Of a stretch of 64,000 nt of DNA, positions 12,781 to 23,294 are shown piece after piece. Positions within the stretch are counted from its first letter, which is position 1. Each line of letters starts with the position of its first letter. Origin of the DNA: Octopus vulgaris (taxonomy: Eukaryota); assembly GCA_951406725.2 (NCBI GenBank), contig OX597827.1, forward strand, positions 53,134,001 to 53,198,000. The letters are read 5' to 3'. The notes below the pieces were generated by a model. That model was given only the letters and a program-made list of their open reading frames with translations. It was not told the origin of the DNA and ran no database searches. A program made the position numbers and the translations under genes.

Positions 12781-13332
12781 TTTTTCTCTCTCTAGTTTCA
12801 GCTCAGAGCTGTGGTCATGCTGATGCACCGCTGTTTTGCTACACTGTTATTACTATGAGCCTCCTCTAATATGTGGCACTTGGTGAAGCATGGAGTTTGA
12901 TATAGCTACCCTCATTTGCACCTCTTGCCGTGAGGTAGGTTCATCTGGGACTCTCGACAGGAAGAGGTCCAGCTTTGATTTAAAAACTCCTACATGTACT
13001 TTGTGCAAGTTCCTCAGACTCTTTGGGTGAATATTAAAAAGCTGTGGGCCCTTGAAACCCAGGCTGTTGCAGTAGCTGGTCCTGAGGAGCGATGGCGTTG
13101 CGAGGATCTTTGGCACTATGCAGTGTCGTCCCGTTCTGGCATTGGTGTAGCTTTCAATGTCAAAATTTGGCACAATTCCTTCCAGGATCTTCCAGATATA
13201 TATTACTGCATACCTCTCCCATCTTCTCTCCAGGGAGTAGAGTATTAACTGTTTCAACCTTTCATAGTAGCTGAGCTGTTGCAAAGAGACGATCTTCTTT
13301 GTGAATCTTCTCTGGATTGCTCCAAGGTCCGC

Positions 13333-13338
<6 letters not shown>
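12781..13338 (-). mobile_element. 5'-truncated CR1-group LINE 3' end, embedded in (TA)n
   Basis: ORF 12853-13284 (LSYYERLKQLILYSLERR..YIWKIL..GPQLFN..FKSKLDLFL..PDEP) is a typical post-RT C-terminus. TA tracts on both sides. Confidence 0.85.
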
Positions 13339-13359
<21 letters not shown>

Positions 13360-13363
<4 letters not shown>

Positions 13364-13888
13364 AATGGATGAATGAATTATCCTTTGTTTACCGTTAACT
13401 TGGAAAATTCAATAAACAATTACCAGGGTAGCAAAATTCAGGCAAGTAACACGGATGAAGCAACCTATTCAAAGGTAGAAACTCCGGGTTAATGTCCAGT
13501 AATTTGAGTAGTATAAGTAAATAGATGGAGTTGAACGATGTTATTAAAATTCTTTTATTTCGACATATGATTTGAAGACAACATTGGTTTTATTCCATAG
13601 GAATAAACGGTGTAAAATGCAATCTTCTCATCAGGAAGAGGTCCAGCTTTGATTTAAAAACTCCTACATGTACTTTGTGCCCACAGCTTTTTAATATTCT
13701 CCCAAAGAGTCTGATGAACTTGCATACAGTACATGTAGGAGTTTTTAAATCAAAGCTAGACCTCGTCCTGATCAGAAGATTGCATTTTACACCGTTTATT
13801 CCTATGGAATAAAACCAATGTTGTCTTCGAAACATATGTCGAAAGTAAAAGAATTTTAATAACATCTTCGTTCAACTCCATTTATTTA

Positions 13889-13894
<6 letters not shown>
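13360..13894. mobile_element. Fold-back element with a hammerhead-like core in each arm (probable Penelope-like relic) and a captured LINE segment
   Basis: Inverted arms at about 13512-13673 and 13729-13894. Their consensus is CTGATGA-GAAGA..TCTTC-GAAAC-ATAT-GTC. The centre 13632-13770 copies 12958-13048. Flanked by (TA)n. Confidence 0.7.
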
Positions 13895-13969
<75 letters not shown>

Positions 13970-14011
13970 ATGTATATATATTATATATTATATATATTAT
14001 ATATATATATA

Positions 14012-14059
<48 letters not shown>

Positions 14060-14525
14060 CTCATTACAGATATAGGGTAAAGAATTATAAATTTAATAAT
14101 TAATAAATTTCGCTATCGGAGCCCGCCTTGATTTTAAAGCAACCATAGGCGATGGTGGAGCACACGGACACAAGTGATGATGAGGTGGAAAATTGACAAG
14201 AGGTTGAAAAGCCTCAGTGTTATAAATGTAAGAGGCTCAGCTCCTCATTTGTAAATGGACTAGTGGTGATTATATATTGAATACTTTATTGCATGTTATT
14301 GCATGTCATTATTTCTAATGGACTATTAAGTCCAATAATTGTAAAAACTCCCGTGAGAGGTTCAATACCTCGGTTTGTTTTTTCTGTTGGAAATAAAGAA
14401 GAATAATGTTTTTTGTCTACTCCCATCAATATCATCATTGTTTCATCATTCACCTCATCAATGTATGTGTCCAGCGCGTAAGCTACTCTTTGTAATGCCT
14501 TTATGCCAAATCTTAATGAAATACA

Positions 14526-14664
14526 GTAGCTTGCTTACCAACCACACGGTTCCGGGTTCAGTCCCACTGCGTGGCACCTTGGGTAAGTGTCTTCTACTAT
14601 AGCCTCGGGCTGACCAAAGCCTTGTGAGTGGATTTGGTAGACGGAAACTGAAAGAAGCCCGTTG

Positions 14665-14695
<31 letters not shown>

Positions 14696-14708
14696 ATGTG
14701 TGTGTGTA

Positions 14709-14739
<31 letters not shown>

Positions 14740-14940
14740 ATGCATATGTTTGTGTGTCTATGTATGTCCCCCAACATCGCTTGATAACTGATGCTGGTGT
14801 GTTTACGTCCCCGTCACTTAGCGGTTCGGCAAGAGAGACCGAGAGAATAAGTACTAGGCTTACAAAGAATAAGTCCTGGGGTCGATTTGCTACAGCATGG
14901 CCGCAGTCAAATGACTGAAACAAATAAAAGAATAAAAGAA
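14526..14940 (+). mobile_element. tRNA-derived SINE (family A)
   Basis: Same head, internal (TA)/(TG) tract and tail (CAGCATGGCCGCAGTCAAATGACTGAAACAAATAAAAG) as the other family A copies. Confidence 0.88.
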
Positions 14941-14948
14941 TCATATAC

Positions 14949-15011
<63 letters not shown>

Positions 15012-15035
15012 TGACTATATGTATATATATATATG

Positions 15036-16561
15036 TCTATAAAAGTATATATGAGAATGTCTGTCTGTGTGTTTCCCTAAAACTTGAGAACTACACAACC
15101 AATTTCATTCAAATTTTACACATATCTTACTTAGGGTCCAGAGAGTGTCATCGGCAAAAAGAAAATGTTGAACAAGAAAATGTTCAACTTCTTGCCTAGG
15201 GCGAGCCCATAACAATATCATATCTTCTCTACTATTTCAGTATTACGTGTTAAAAGTGAAACAAAAACATTTCTCTATTTTATGTCAGATACTTTCACTT
15301 TAACAATAAAAATTAGAGATAATAAATAATTGAATTATATGTAGTAAGTAACAATTAAAATCAAACTAAAGTATAAAATAATAATTAAATCGTAACATAA
15401 CAAAAGTAAAAATAGCAATTGGTATAAAATTGCATCAATGACTTGAACTTGAATAAGTGGTTTTACATGAATGGGATAAATCAAAAATAAAATTAGCTAG
15501 CATTAAGTATCTATATGAAGTTTGGCTGTATGTAATGTCTGTTTTCTCGAACAGCCGCTTCTACCGAGTACTGCTGTTGGTTTATTTCTTATACATAAAG
15601 TACTATAACTTCAACTGCGTACTGCTTTTTGATTCACCGTAAGATTTGTTGTTATTATTATTACTGTTTATTGTTATCACATTTGTTGGTTCCTCGTAAG
15701 GGAAACGTTGTTGTGTTGCATTTGTTAAATAATTGTAAACCGGAACCCTCCCCCTTTGGGTGTAGGAGCTTTGGTTATTGTTTAAAAATTGAATTGTTTC
15801 TCTGTTTGGAGAAATTGACAATATTTTCATCGTTTATACGGAAGCATTTTTGTTAAAATGCCTTCGATAGAAGAAAGTCCAAAAATGAATTTCGCTGCAG
15901 CCGTCGGCGGGTGCGAACTCATTAAAATTAAAATCGAAGAAATACAAACCTATTTCGGATTGATCACCGACAAAGACGGTGAATCTAGGATAACACCACC
16001 AAACGAAATAAAAAATTAAATTGAAGAGAAGACTATTGTCTATAAAGTATACAATGTAGAGAAAAAAAAAGATTTGAATACCTAGAGGAAAACACCATCG
16101 AAAAGTGTCTTGGTGCGACTATGAAAGATATCAAGTATCGGTAAATTCGCCACAATAGAAGCAAGGTTCGAGTCAACGAAGAGTGCAAGGGAGTACTCGA
16201 CACGAACCTTGCAAAGTGGAAGTATTTTATTTTTACCTTTATATCTGGGACGTAAGACGTCCCGGATAGAAATTAAAAATGTCCCCCCAGAAGTAGAGGT
16301 AGGCTGGATTGTAGCCACACTTCTATACAAGAGGGAGGACAAGATACAATTGATCGAAATTGCAAGAGACGGGCCTACAATTCCAGTCTGTTATATATTT
16401 TGAGTATTGTTATCATTAGCGATATCAAGATATAACTTTATATTTTGTATTTTATGTGTAGTTGTATATATATTGATGTACATGTAATATGTACACATAT
16501 ATATATACATATATACATGCACTAGCACTATGACCCGGCAACGACGGGACATTATGCTAGT
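15036..16561 (+). mobile_element. Possible non-autonomous Helitron-like element
   Basis: 5' end TCTATAAAAGTATAT..GTCTGTCTGTGTG..CCAATTTCATTCAAATTTTACAC. 3' hairpin CCCGGCAACGACGGG followed by CTAG-T at 16557-16561. It is not shown that both ends belong to one element. Confidence 0.45.
15858..16390 (+). pseudogene. L1/Tx1-like ORF1 relic
   Basis: FLPLYLGRKTSRIEIKNVPPEVEVGWIVATLL resembles LHPPYLGRSMVRIKIAGILPEV (29109-29450) and YLSRRIFKVRILNIPPEI (about 41380), both inside Tx1-like elements. Confidence 0.6.
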
Positions 16562-16607
16562 ATATATATAATATATTATATACACTCACACACACACATA
16601 TATATAT

Positions 16608-16670
<63 letters not shown>

Positions 16671-16932
16671 GGGATTATCAATCCGGGCAAACTACTTCAT
16701 AAACTCTCTGCTGGTACACCAGGCTAAAAATATTGTTTAGATTAGTAAAGTATTCTTATGGCAGGGTCGGGACCAAGGTTATGATTCATCACAATCCTAT
16801 ATTATAAATCTGTGGGTGGGCTCCAGATAAACTAATTTTTTTACACAGACTGATATATAAGACAAGTTATAGATATTGGTCATTACATAATTTTCCTTTA
16901 TGAGAACAAATTTGGCTTACAATTGTTTCCAG

Positions 16933-18413
16933 GTTACTGATATGTTTACTCAATCGACCTAAAAAAAAAATAATAATACTTTCGTCGGAGCCATTTCTGG
17001 TTATAACAAAGCAAATTAAGGAATGGTGAGTGCGAGGGGTAGGAAGGAAAAGGATGGAAGTAGAATAGAGAAAAGGAGGAAAACAAGTTACAAAAGGGTG
17101 AAGAGAAGGAAGGAAAGAATAGAGGAAGGGGTCACTTAATAGAAGCAGGGGTACAGGATGGCCGAAATGTGGGGGAACAATCATAAAACATTAGAATTAT
17201 TAAAAAATAAAAAATATATAAAATAAAAAACTAAAAAAATTTAATTTTTAAATTAAAAATTTTTTAATAATTCTTTTGATTTAAAACAATTTTAATTATT
17301 AATTTTTATTCTTATTTCATTGTTGTCGCTATTTTTTATCTTTTTATTGTTTTATTATACTATTATTTTTTAATATTTTGCATTATTATTGGATTGTTAT
17401 TTTATTAATATCATTGTTATTGGCGCTGCGATGTTAATGTTTTCATCATTATCATTATTGTCTTAGTATCACCTCCCCACCTCCCCTAACAAATCACCTG
17501 GAAGCGTTACAGACGGGCTAAGAAACGGAGGAACAAGCAGAATTATTATAAGATTCTTTTAATCATTAATTTGCTTTAATGCTAAATTTAGAAATTTTAA
17601 CCTGGAATCCGTTTAATGGTTTAAATTTTAGAATTCACATGATGAGGTTAATTTCAACAACTCAGCTTGACTTTATCTCTCTTCAACCTCACATCTCTCA
17701 ATCTATCAGCATTTATATCCTAGCTAATCAGAATTTTCTCGACCTTTACATTACAATGTGATTACTACTGATATTTCATTCATATTCTAATAGAATTCCC
17801 CCTCTATGCTTGATAGCAATAATGAAAAAATATTAAAGACATTGGTTGACCATGTGTATGAATGGCCCACATCAAATTTCAACACAACATTTGGTGAATA
17901 TCTAGCCTAAAAACAATATTAATGTGTTCTCATCTCATCTAAGTAGGTGTCACAGGGCGCTGCTCCATGTGGTTCCGCAGTTTCCATTTAATTAGGAATA
18001 TTAGGGTATCATCCATGGTCTTGTATTCAAGATCCACCACATGACATCCTGCTAGTTCAAAGCCAAAAATCTGATCTGTTAGGTCCTGCCGATATTGACC
18101 CGACTATAAACACTAATGTTTTATAACTGTCCTCTCAGATCTCGGTCATCCTATGCCCCTACTTCTTTTAAATGATCCATTCTTCTATCCTTTCCTTACT
18201 TCTCTTCACCCCTTTGTAACCTGATTTCCTCTTTTTCTCTATTCTACTTGCATCTTTACATCTTTACCTCCCTACCCCACGTATTCACCATTCCTTCAGT
18301 GTTATGCTTTGTTATAACCAGAAATAGCTCCGACGAAAGTAGCATTAATTTTTTTAGGTCGTTCAATTTTTCTCAGCTAATCAATAAACCGATGGAGTAA
18401 ACCTGTCAGTAAC
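16933..18413. repeat. Diverged inverted repeat of about 270 bp around a degraded core (possible Penelope-like relic)
   Basis: About 16933-17195 aligns with the reverse complement of about 18113-18413 (for example ACTTTCGTCGGAGC-ATTTCTGGTTATAACAAAGCA), roughly 80 percent by eye. The core contains NFLDLYI. Confidence 0.7.
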
Positions 18414-19559
18414 GTGCCTATAATGGGGAAGGTTACTAGAAACCGAGTAAGACTAAAAACAAGACCAGTCAAAAGGATTGATGAACCTAGTATAGTTCAA
18501 CAACTATCTAGCAATAGCACGGGCCATCAGAAATTCCAGGTTAGTGTTCGGCGTGCTGGAAGACTACTGGGCACCGCTCTGCTTTTGTTAAAGCATGTCT
18601 CTAGGCCACTGATATAAAACCAGATATGCATGGAATGGCACAAGGCACTTTGGGGATATTTTGCTTGCGCTTAAGATTGTGGTGCTCTCATGTTCCTGAT
18701 TTACTAGCCCATATTAAGACAGGGTGTCTTGGCTTGGCTTATTTCTGGATAATGTCAATAGGATGGAGAGGGTCTGTGAGGTATTGTGCACGGTATTGTT
18801 TGTGAGGTATTAGACCTAAGATTTTAAGTGGCTCGATCGCCGACAAGGGGGACTTCCCTATGTCCGGGTAAGTAGGATGATACTGCATCGATGAAGGAAG
18901 TCGCGGACGCGAGCCCGGCCGAAACTGCCCGCAGGTGCAATAGCCTTATACACTGACATTGCTGACATTTTGCATGGGCAATGGTCAGTGATGCTCTCCC
19001 TCGGTCACAAATGTATAGCGTAGTTTCGGTGTACTAAATTTTACACGCACACTTCATTGGCTATTGATTTTCTCTACAACACTTTTACTTAAAGTTTACG
19101 CACCCACATTTTTTTTTTACCAATGCACTATAGAAATTCTTGTTAAAACACTCCCACGTCACCTGTTCAAGTTTGAAACATGACTAATGATGACTGGTTA
19201 AATATCTGCATACATATTATAAATATAAATAGTTACACATTTGAACATAAAACGCTCATAAATATGTATGTGTGATTTCATTTGACCTTGAGAGTCAGCT
19301 GCCAGATGTTTTTTGTTCAAACCCTTATTGTTGACAACTTAACACAAAAAAGACACATGCTTTAACTAGTTTAACTAGTATATTTAACGTGGGAAAGTTA
19401 CAAGTACATTGTCTCGAAGAAAGTGCTTCCGTTTAATTTTCTTTCCCTCATTTCTTTAAAGATATGTTTTAATAGTCCAGCCTACAACTTTTAAGTTGTA
19501 TTGGGAACTGATGTTTTGGATCAGAAAACGAGCAAAATCTACGCCCACATACATACATA

Positions 19560-19736
19560 CAAACACGCGCGCGTACACACACACGACGGACTTCTTTCAG
19601 TTTCCGTCTACCAAATCCACACACAAGGCTTTGGTCGACCCGAGCCTTTAGTGGGTGCCGAAGGTGCCACACAGTCGTACTGAATCCGAAATCCTGTGGT
19701 TGGGAAGGAAACTTACTTCACAACCACTTCTGCGCC
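19560..19736 (-). mobile_element. SINE family A, 5' portion
   Basis: CTTCTTTCAGTTTCCGTCTACCAAATCCAC..AAGGTGCCAC matches the family A head region. Confidence 0.75.
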
Positions 19737-19759
19737 TTTAAAAATTGTGTGACCAGCAA

Positions 19760-19832
19760 GCCTCCTCAGGGAATCGAACCCTGAACCTCTCAAATTCTGG
19801 CTGAATAACTCTGTACTGTTAAGCTAAGAAAC
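19760..19832 (-). pseudogene. tRNA-like pseudogene or isolated SINE head
   Basis: Minus strand has TAGCTTAACAG (A-box-like) and CAGGG-TTCGATT-CCCTG (perfect T arm). Acceptor and anticodon stems are largely G-U pairs. Confidence 0.45.
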
Positions 19833-21080
19833 ACCTGTTGTTTAAACTTTTGAATTAATTTAATGCCGCGAGCAAGAAACATTAGCATTTTGGTATTTTA
19901 CTACTCTAGAATGAATAAATAATTGTATAAAGAGAAGAAAAAGTTTTATGCAGTGATACTTTCTTTGCAGAGAATGCGTGATTCCTCAAATGACCTTCAA
20001 GCGTCTTAAAAAAGGTTCCTGTGTTTTGTCTGGTTTGAGCAGGTCCAGGGGGAAAAGCATTCCCGCTTTCACCATCCCGTCCTTTTCCTGATCAGCACGT
20101 ATTGCGGTCTTGATTATTTAATGTATTCCCCCCTTTCTTAAAGAATGTTGGCGCATGATTTGAGGAAGACTTGACTGCTATTTAAGGTAACTCAATGAAC
20201 ATAAAGCGACTCCTTTATTGATTCATTGGTAGTGGTTACTTGAATATTCAATTCTTTTTTATTTCTTCTTGAAAAGGTGACAAATGTTTGCATTCTTTAG
20301 TGGTAGGTACCAAGTGAAAAATGAATGCTTGCATTACGAAAGAAATAATCACTAATCTTAAATGTGTGCATACACATATCTAAACATAAGTCGAAATAAA
20401 AGAGCAAACTTAAAATTTGAAGCAAAATTGAAAATATTGATTAAAAATATAAATAAAACACTTTTCCAATTTTCAAAAATAAAATCACGATGTAAATAAC
20501 TGAATAATTAAGACTTCATTTATTACATTGATTTTGTCATCACATTCCGTTTTTTAATCATTACTTTTGCAAGTGATTAATTAATTTTGGTAGCAAGCAA
20601 ATAGATATATCTCCAAATTATTACCTTTTGTAAACAAAGAAAATCAGTTTTACGTGTATATTTATTTATAGTGCGCTTTGTAACACTTTGGAATCTTTGA
20701 GAGACGATATTCCTGTCTGGATTTCTCTAGGTCAAATTTATTGGCCAATCCGTTTTCCATGGTAAGCCAGTTTTGGTCGTTGTCTCTCTGTATCTGTGGG
20801 GTGAGAATGGTGATGGCTGTTATTTTGTTGAATTGACATAATTGTCGTTTGTTGCCAATGTTGCGCTCCAACACTTCCACACGAACGCTACTAACTCATC
20901 TTTGGATATTTGTAACCAAAACTAATTTTTTAAACATAAATCTCTTTCAGTATATAAATCTTCAACATGTATGTAACAATACGTAACTTCTAAACACCGT
21001 TCTAAACACCGTTTTACTTCAAAATCCAAGTTAATGGGAGCACGTGACAATGAGTTACATTATCGTCAGGTTAGTATTAC

Positions 21081-21115
<35 letters not shown>

Positions 21116-21232
21116 CACATACACACACTTGAGCAAGATCACCACATTAATAATATTACAATATACTAATTTACTAATTAATTACAAGTCTTTTTACTTA
21201 TTATATAATGTTTATTCATTTTTGTACTTTTT

Positions 21233-21292
<60 letters not shown>

Positions 21293-21294
<2 letters not shown>

Positions 21295-21520
21295 CGAGCT
21301 GGCAGAAACGTTAGCACGCCGGGCGAAATGCGTTGCCGTATTTCGTCTGCCGTTACGTTCCGAGTTCAAATTCCGCCGAGGTCGACTTTGCCTTTCATCC
21401 TTCCGGGGTCGATAAATTAAGTACCAGTTACGCACTGGGGTCGATGTAATCGACTTAATCCCTTTGTCTGTCCTTGTTTGTCCCCTCTATGTTTAGCCCC
21501 TTGTGGGCAGTAAAGAAATA
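21293..21520 (+). mobile_element. tRNA-derived SINE (family B), full length, Tx1-like tail
   Basis: GAGCTGGCAGAA..GAGTTCAAATTCC, central block GGTCGACTTTGCCTTTCATCCTTCCGGGGTCGATAAATTAAGTACC (resembles the Meta-type SINE domain, from memory), tail CCCCTTGTGGGCAGTAAAGAAATA. Inside TA repeats. Confidence 0.88.
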
Positions 21521-21552
21521 TATATATAATATATATACATATATATACATAG

Positions 21553-22083
21553 GGGGTCTTAGGCTTAATTCAGACAGCTATTTGAAGATATTGAAGACTG
21601 TAGTCAAATCCTTGTTGGAAAATGATGTCGATGGAAGGCCATACCCCTCTGGAAAGAGTTAAATGTGGTTTTCGGAGAATATGTATGGCTTCACTCGCTC
21701 CAATTTCTGACCTCTCGATTCCCCCGATTGTAATCTGGATTGCTTTGAGTGGGATACTGCGCAGTTGAGAAAGATACCAACTACTCTGCTGCAACACCAA
21801 GGCCGAACTGTTGGTCAACATCAAAGAGGTATTCGAAGATCTTCTAAGGAAAACACTGAAGGACGCAGGCGCCAGGTTCTAGAGCCGTCTTGAGGCCGCA
21901 CAGAAAATCGAGGGCGGCTAATTTGAGTAAACTGTTATATCCCAGCCAAAATCTAGTTGATAAGTTTTGATTTTTAAAATACTTTATTTTTGAATGGGAT
22001 ATTAAGTATTTTAAGAATCAAAACATGGATGGGATATTGTGTTTTCCTTTCATTTTATACTGAAATTTAGCCCAAACACCCCG
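21553..22083 (+). mobile_element. Tc1/mariner-superfamily (maT-like) transposase 3' relic
   Basis: GLRLNSDSYLKILKTVVK..GRPY, a degenerate PDCN motif, and ARF*SRLEA..EGG*FE*. Ends in CACCCCG. Confidence 0.6.
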
Positions 22084-23294
22084 CATATGCACTTATATAC
22101 ACATACGCACACACACACACACATACACACACACACAGACACACACACTTACGCACATCGAGTTTATAAGAGTGTCGATCAGCTGGTAGATTGTTCGGAA
22201 GCCCGGTGAATGAGAGTCCCATAAATATCTGACAGCATCTTCTCAAAAAAAAAAAAAAAAAAATCGGTAGAAACTTTTCATATTCCCACTCTATTGTACA
22301 TTAAACATATTTGTTCGTCACTTTTTACTCGGATATGTCTGTTTTTCTTATGAAAGAGTTAAGTAATTTCGCCCGATGAAGGATTGACACATAGATGACG
22401 GTTACAGTCACTCATCTCTGTGAAAGGACGAGTAATAATGCTTTTAAACAAGGTTGACAATACAAATTTCGGACAATGTGTCCATTTTTAGTCTTCTATG
22501 TCAGAAGGAATTTTAAATCAACCAAACAGTCAAACCTCATTAAGTCACATAAGGTCACATATTCGGATCAACATATCCGAAACCAAAAGCTCTATAGCAG
22601 TTCATCATTTAAGACCTATAATTTAAGCCTATTAATCATAAGTTGAAAGATGGATATACTCAATATGAATTACGATTTATTGCAGAAATATATTAAAATC
22701 AAAACAGTCAATATTCTCCTGGAAGACGCCTCCATTGTTTTAGTTGTCTCCCGCCCACCAAAAAAAAAAAAAAAAAAAGGGAAAGAAGAAAAACCCAACA
22801 AATAATAATTGCTATACTTAATAAAATAATGTTAATGTTAGCGATAATTATCTATCAAAAATAAATAAAACAAAATAAAATGTGAAAACAAAGGAAGCAA
22901 AACTTTTAATGCAAAGTGCAAATAAAAAACAAAAAAGCTACAAAATAGTCGAAAATGTTCAACATAGTTGCCACGAAAGCAAGTACAGTATCAACAGGTT
23001 TTTCGAGAAATAAAAAAACTTTAGGTGTCTTTACTTTTATTTATGCTTGATATAAATGTATGATGAAAGGTTTGTGAGCATTTTTTCATAGAAAGGCAAT
23101 TTGGCTGAATGATAATTTTACAAGATTTGACAAAAATAATACTTTAGCTCTCACGTTAGCCCAAAGCTTTGTTCTTACTTTCACATGCAATTATTGTGTA
23201 TCTAACATTCAGGAGCACAAATACCATCCCTCAAAATACCTTGGAGAAAAATATCTCAGTATGTGCTGTCACTCTTTATAAGATTTATAATAAA

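Noticed and set aside
18885-18940. Further hammerhead-like strings (also about 4375-4405, 13451-13490 and 63135-63210)
   Set aside because: Each has several core changes. They are compatible with decayed Penelope-like ends but too degenerate to call.
20662-20880. 72-aa minus-strand ORF, or a plus-strand exon ending ATG-GTAAGC near a CCAAT box
   Set aside because: No recognisable motif or partner exon, so chance occurrence cannot be excluded.
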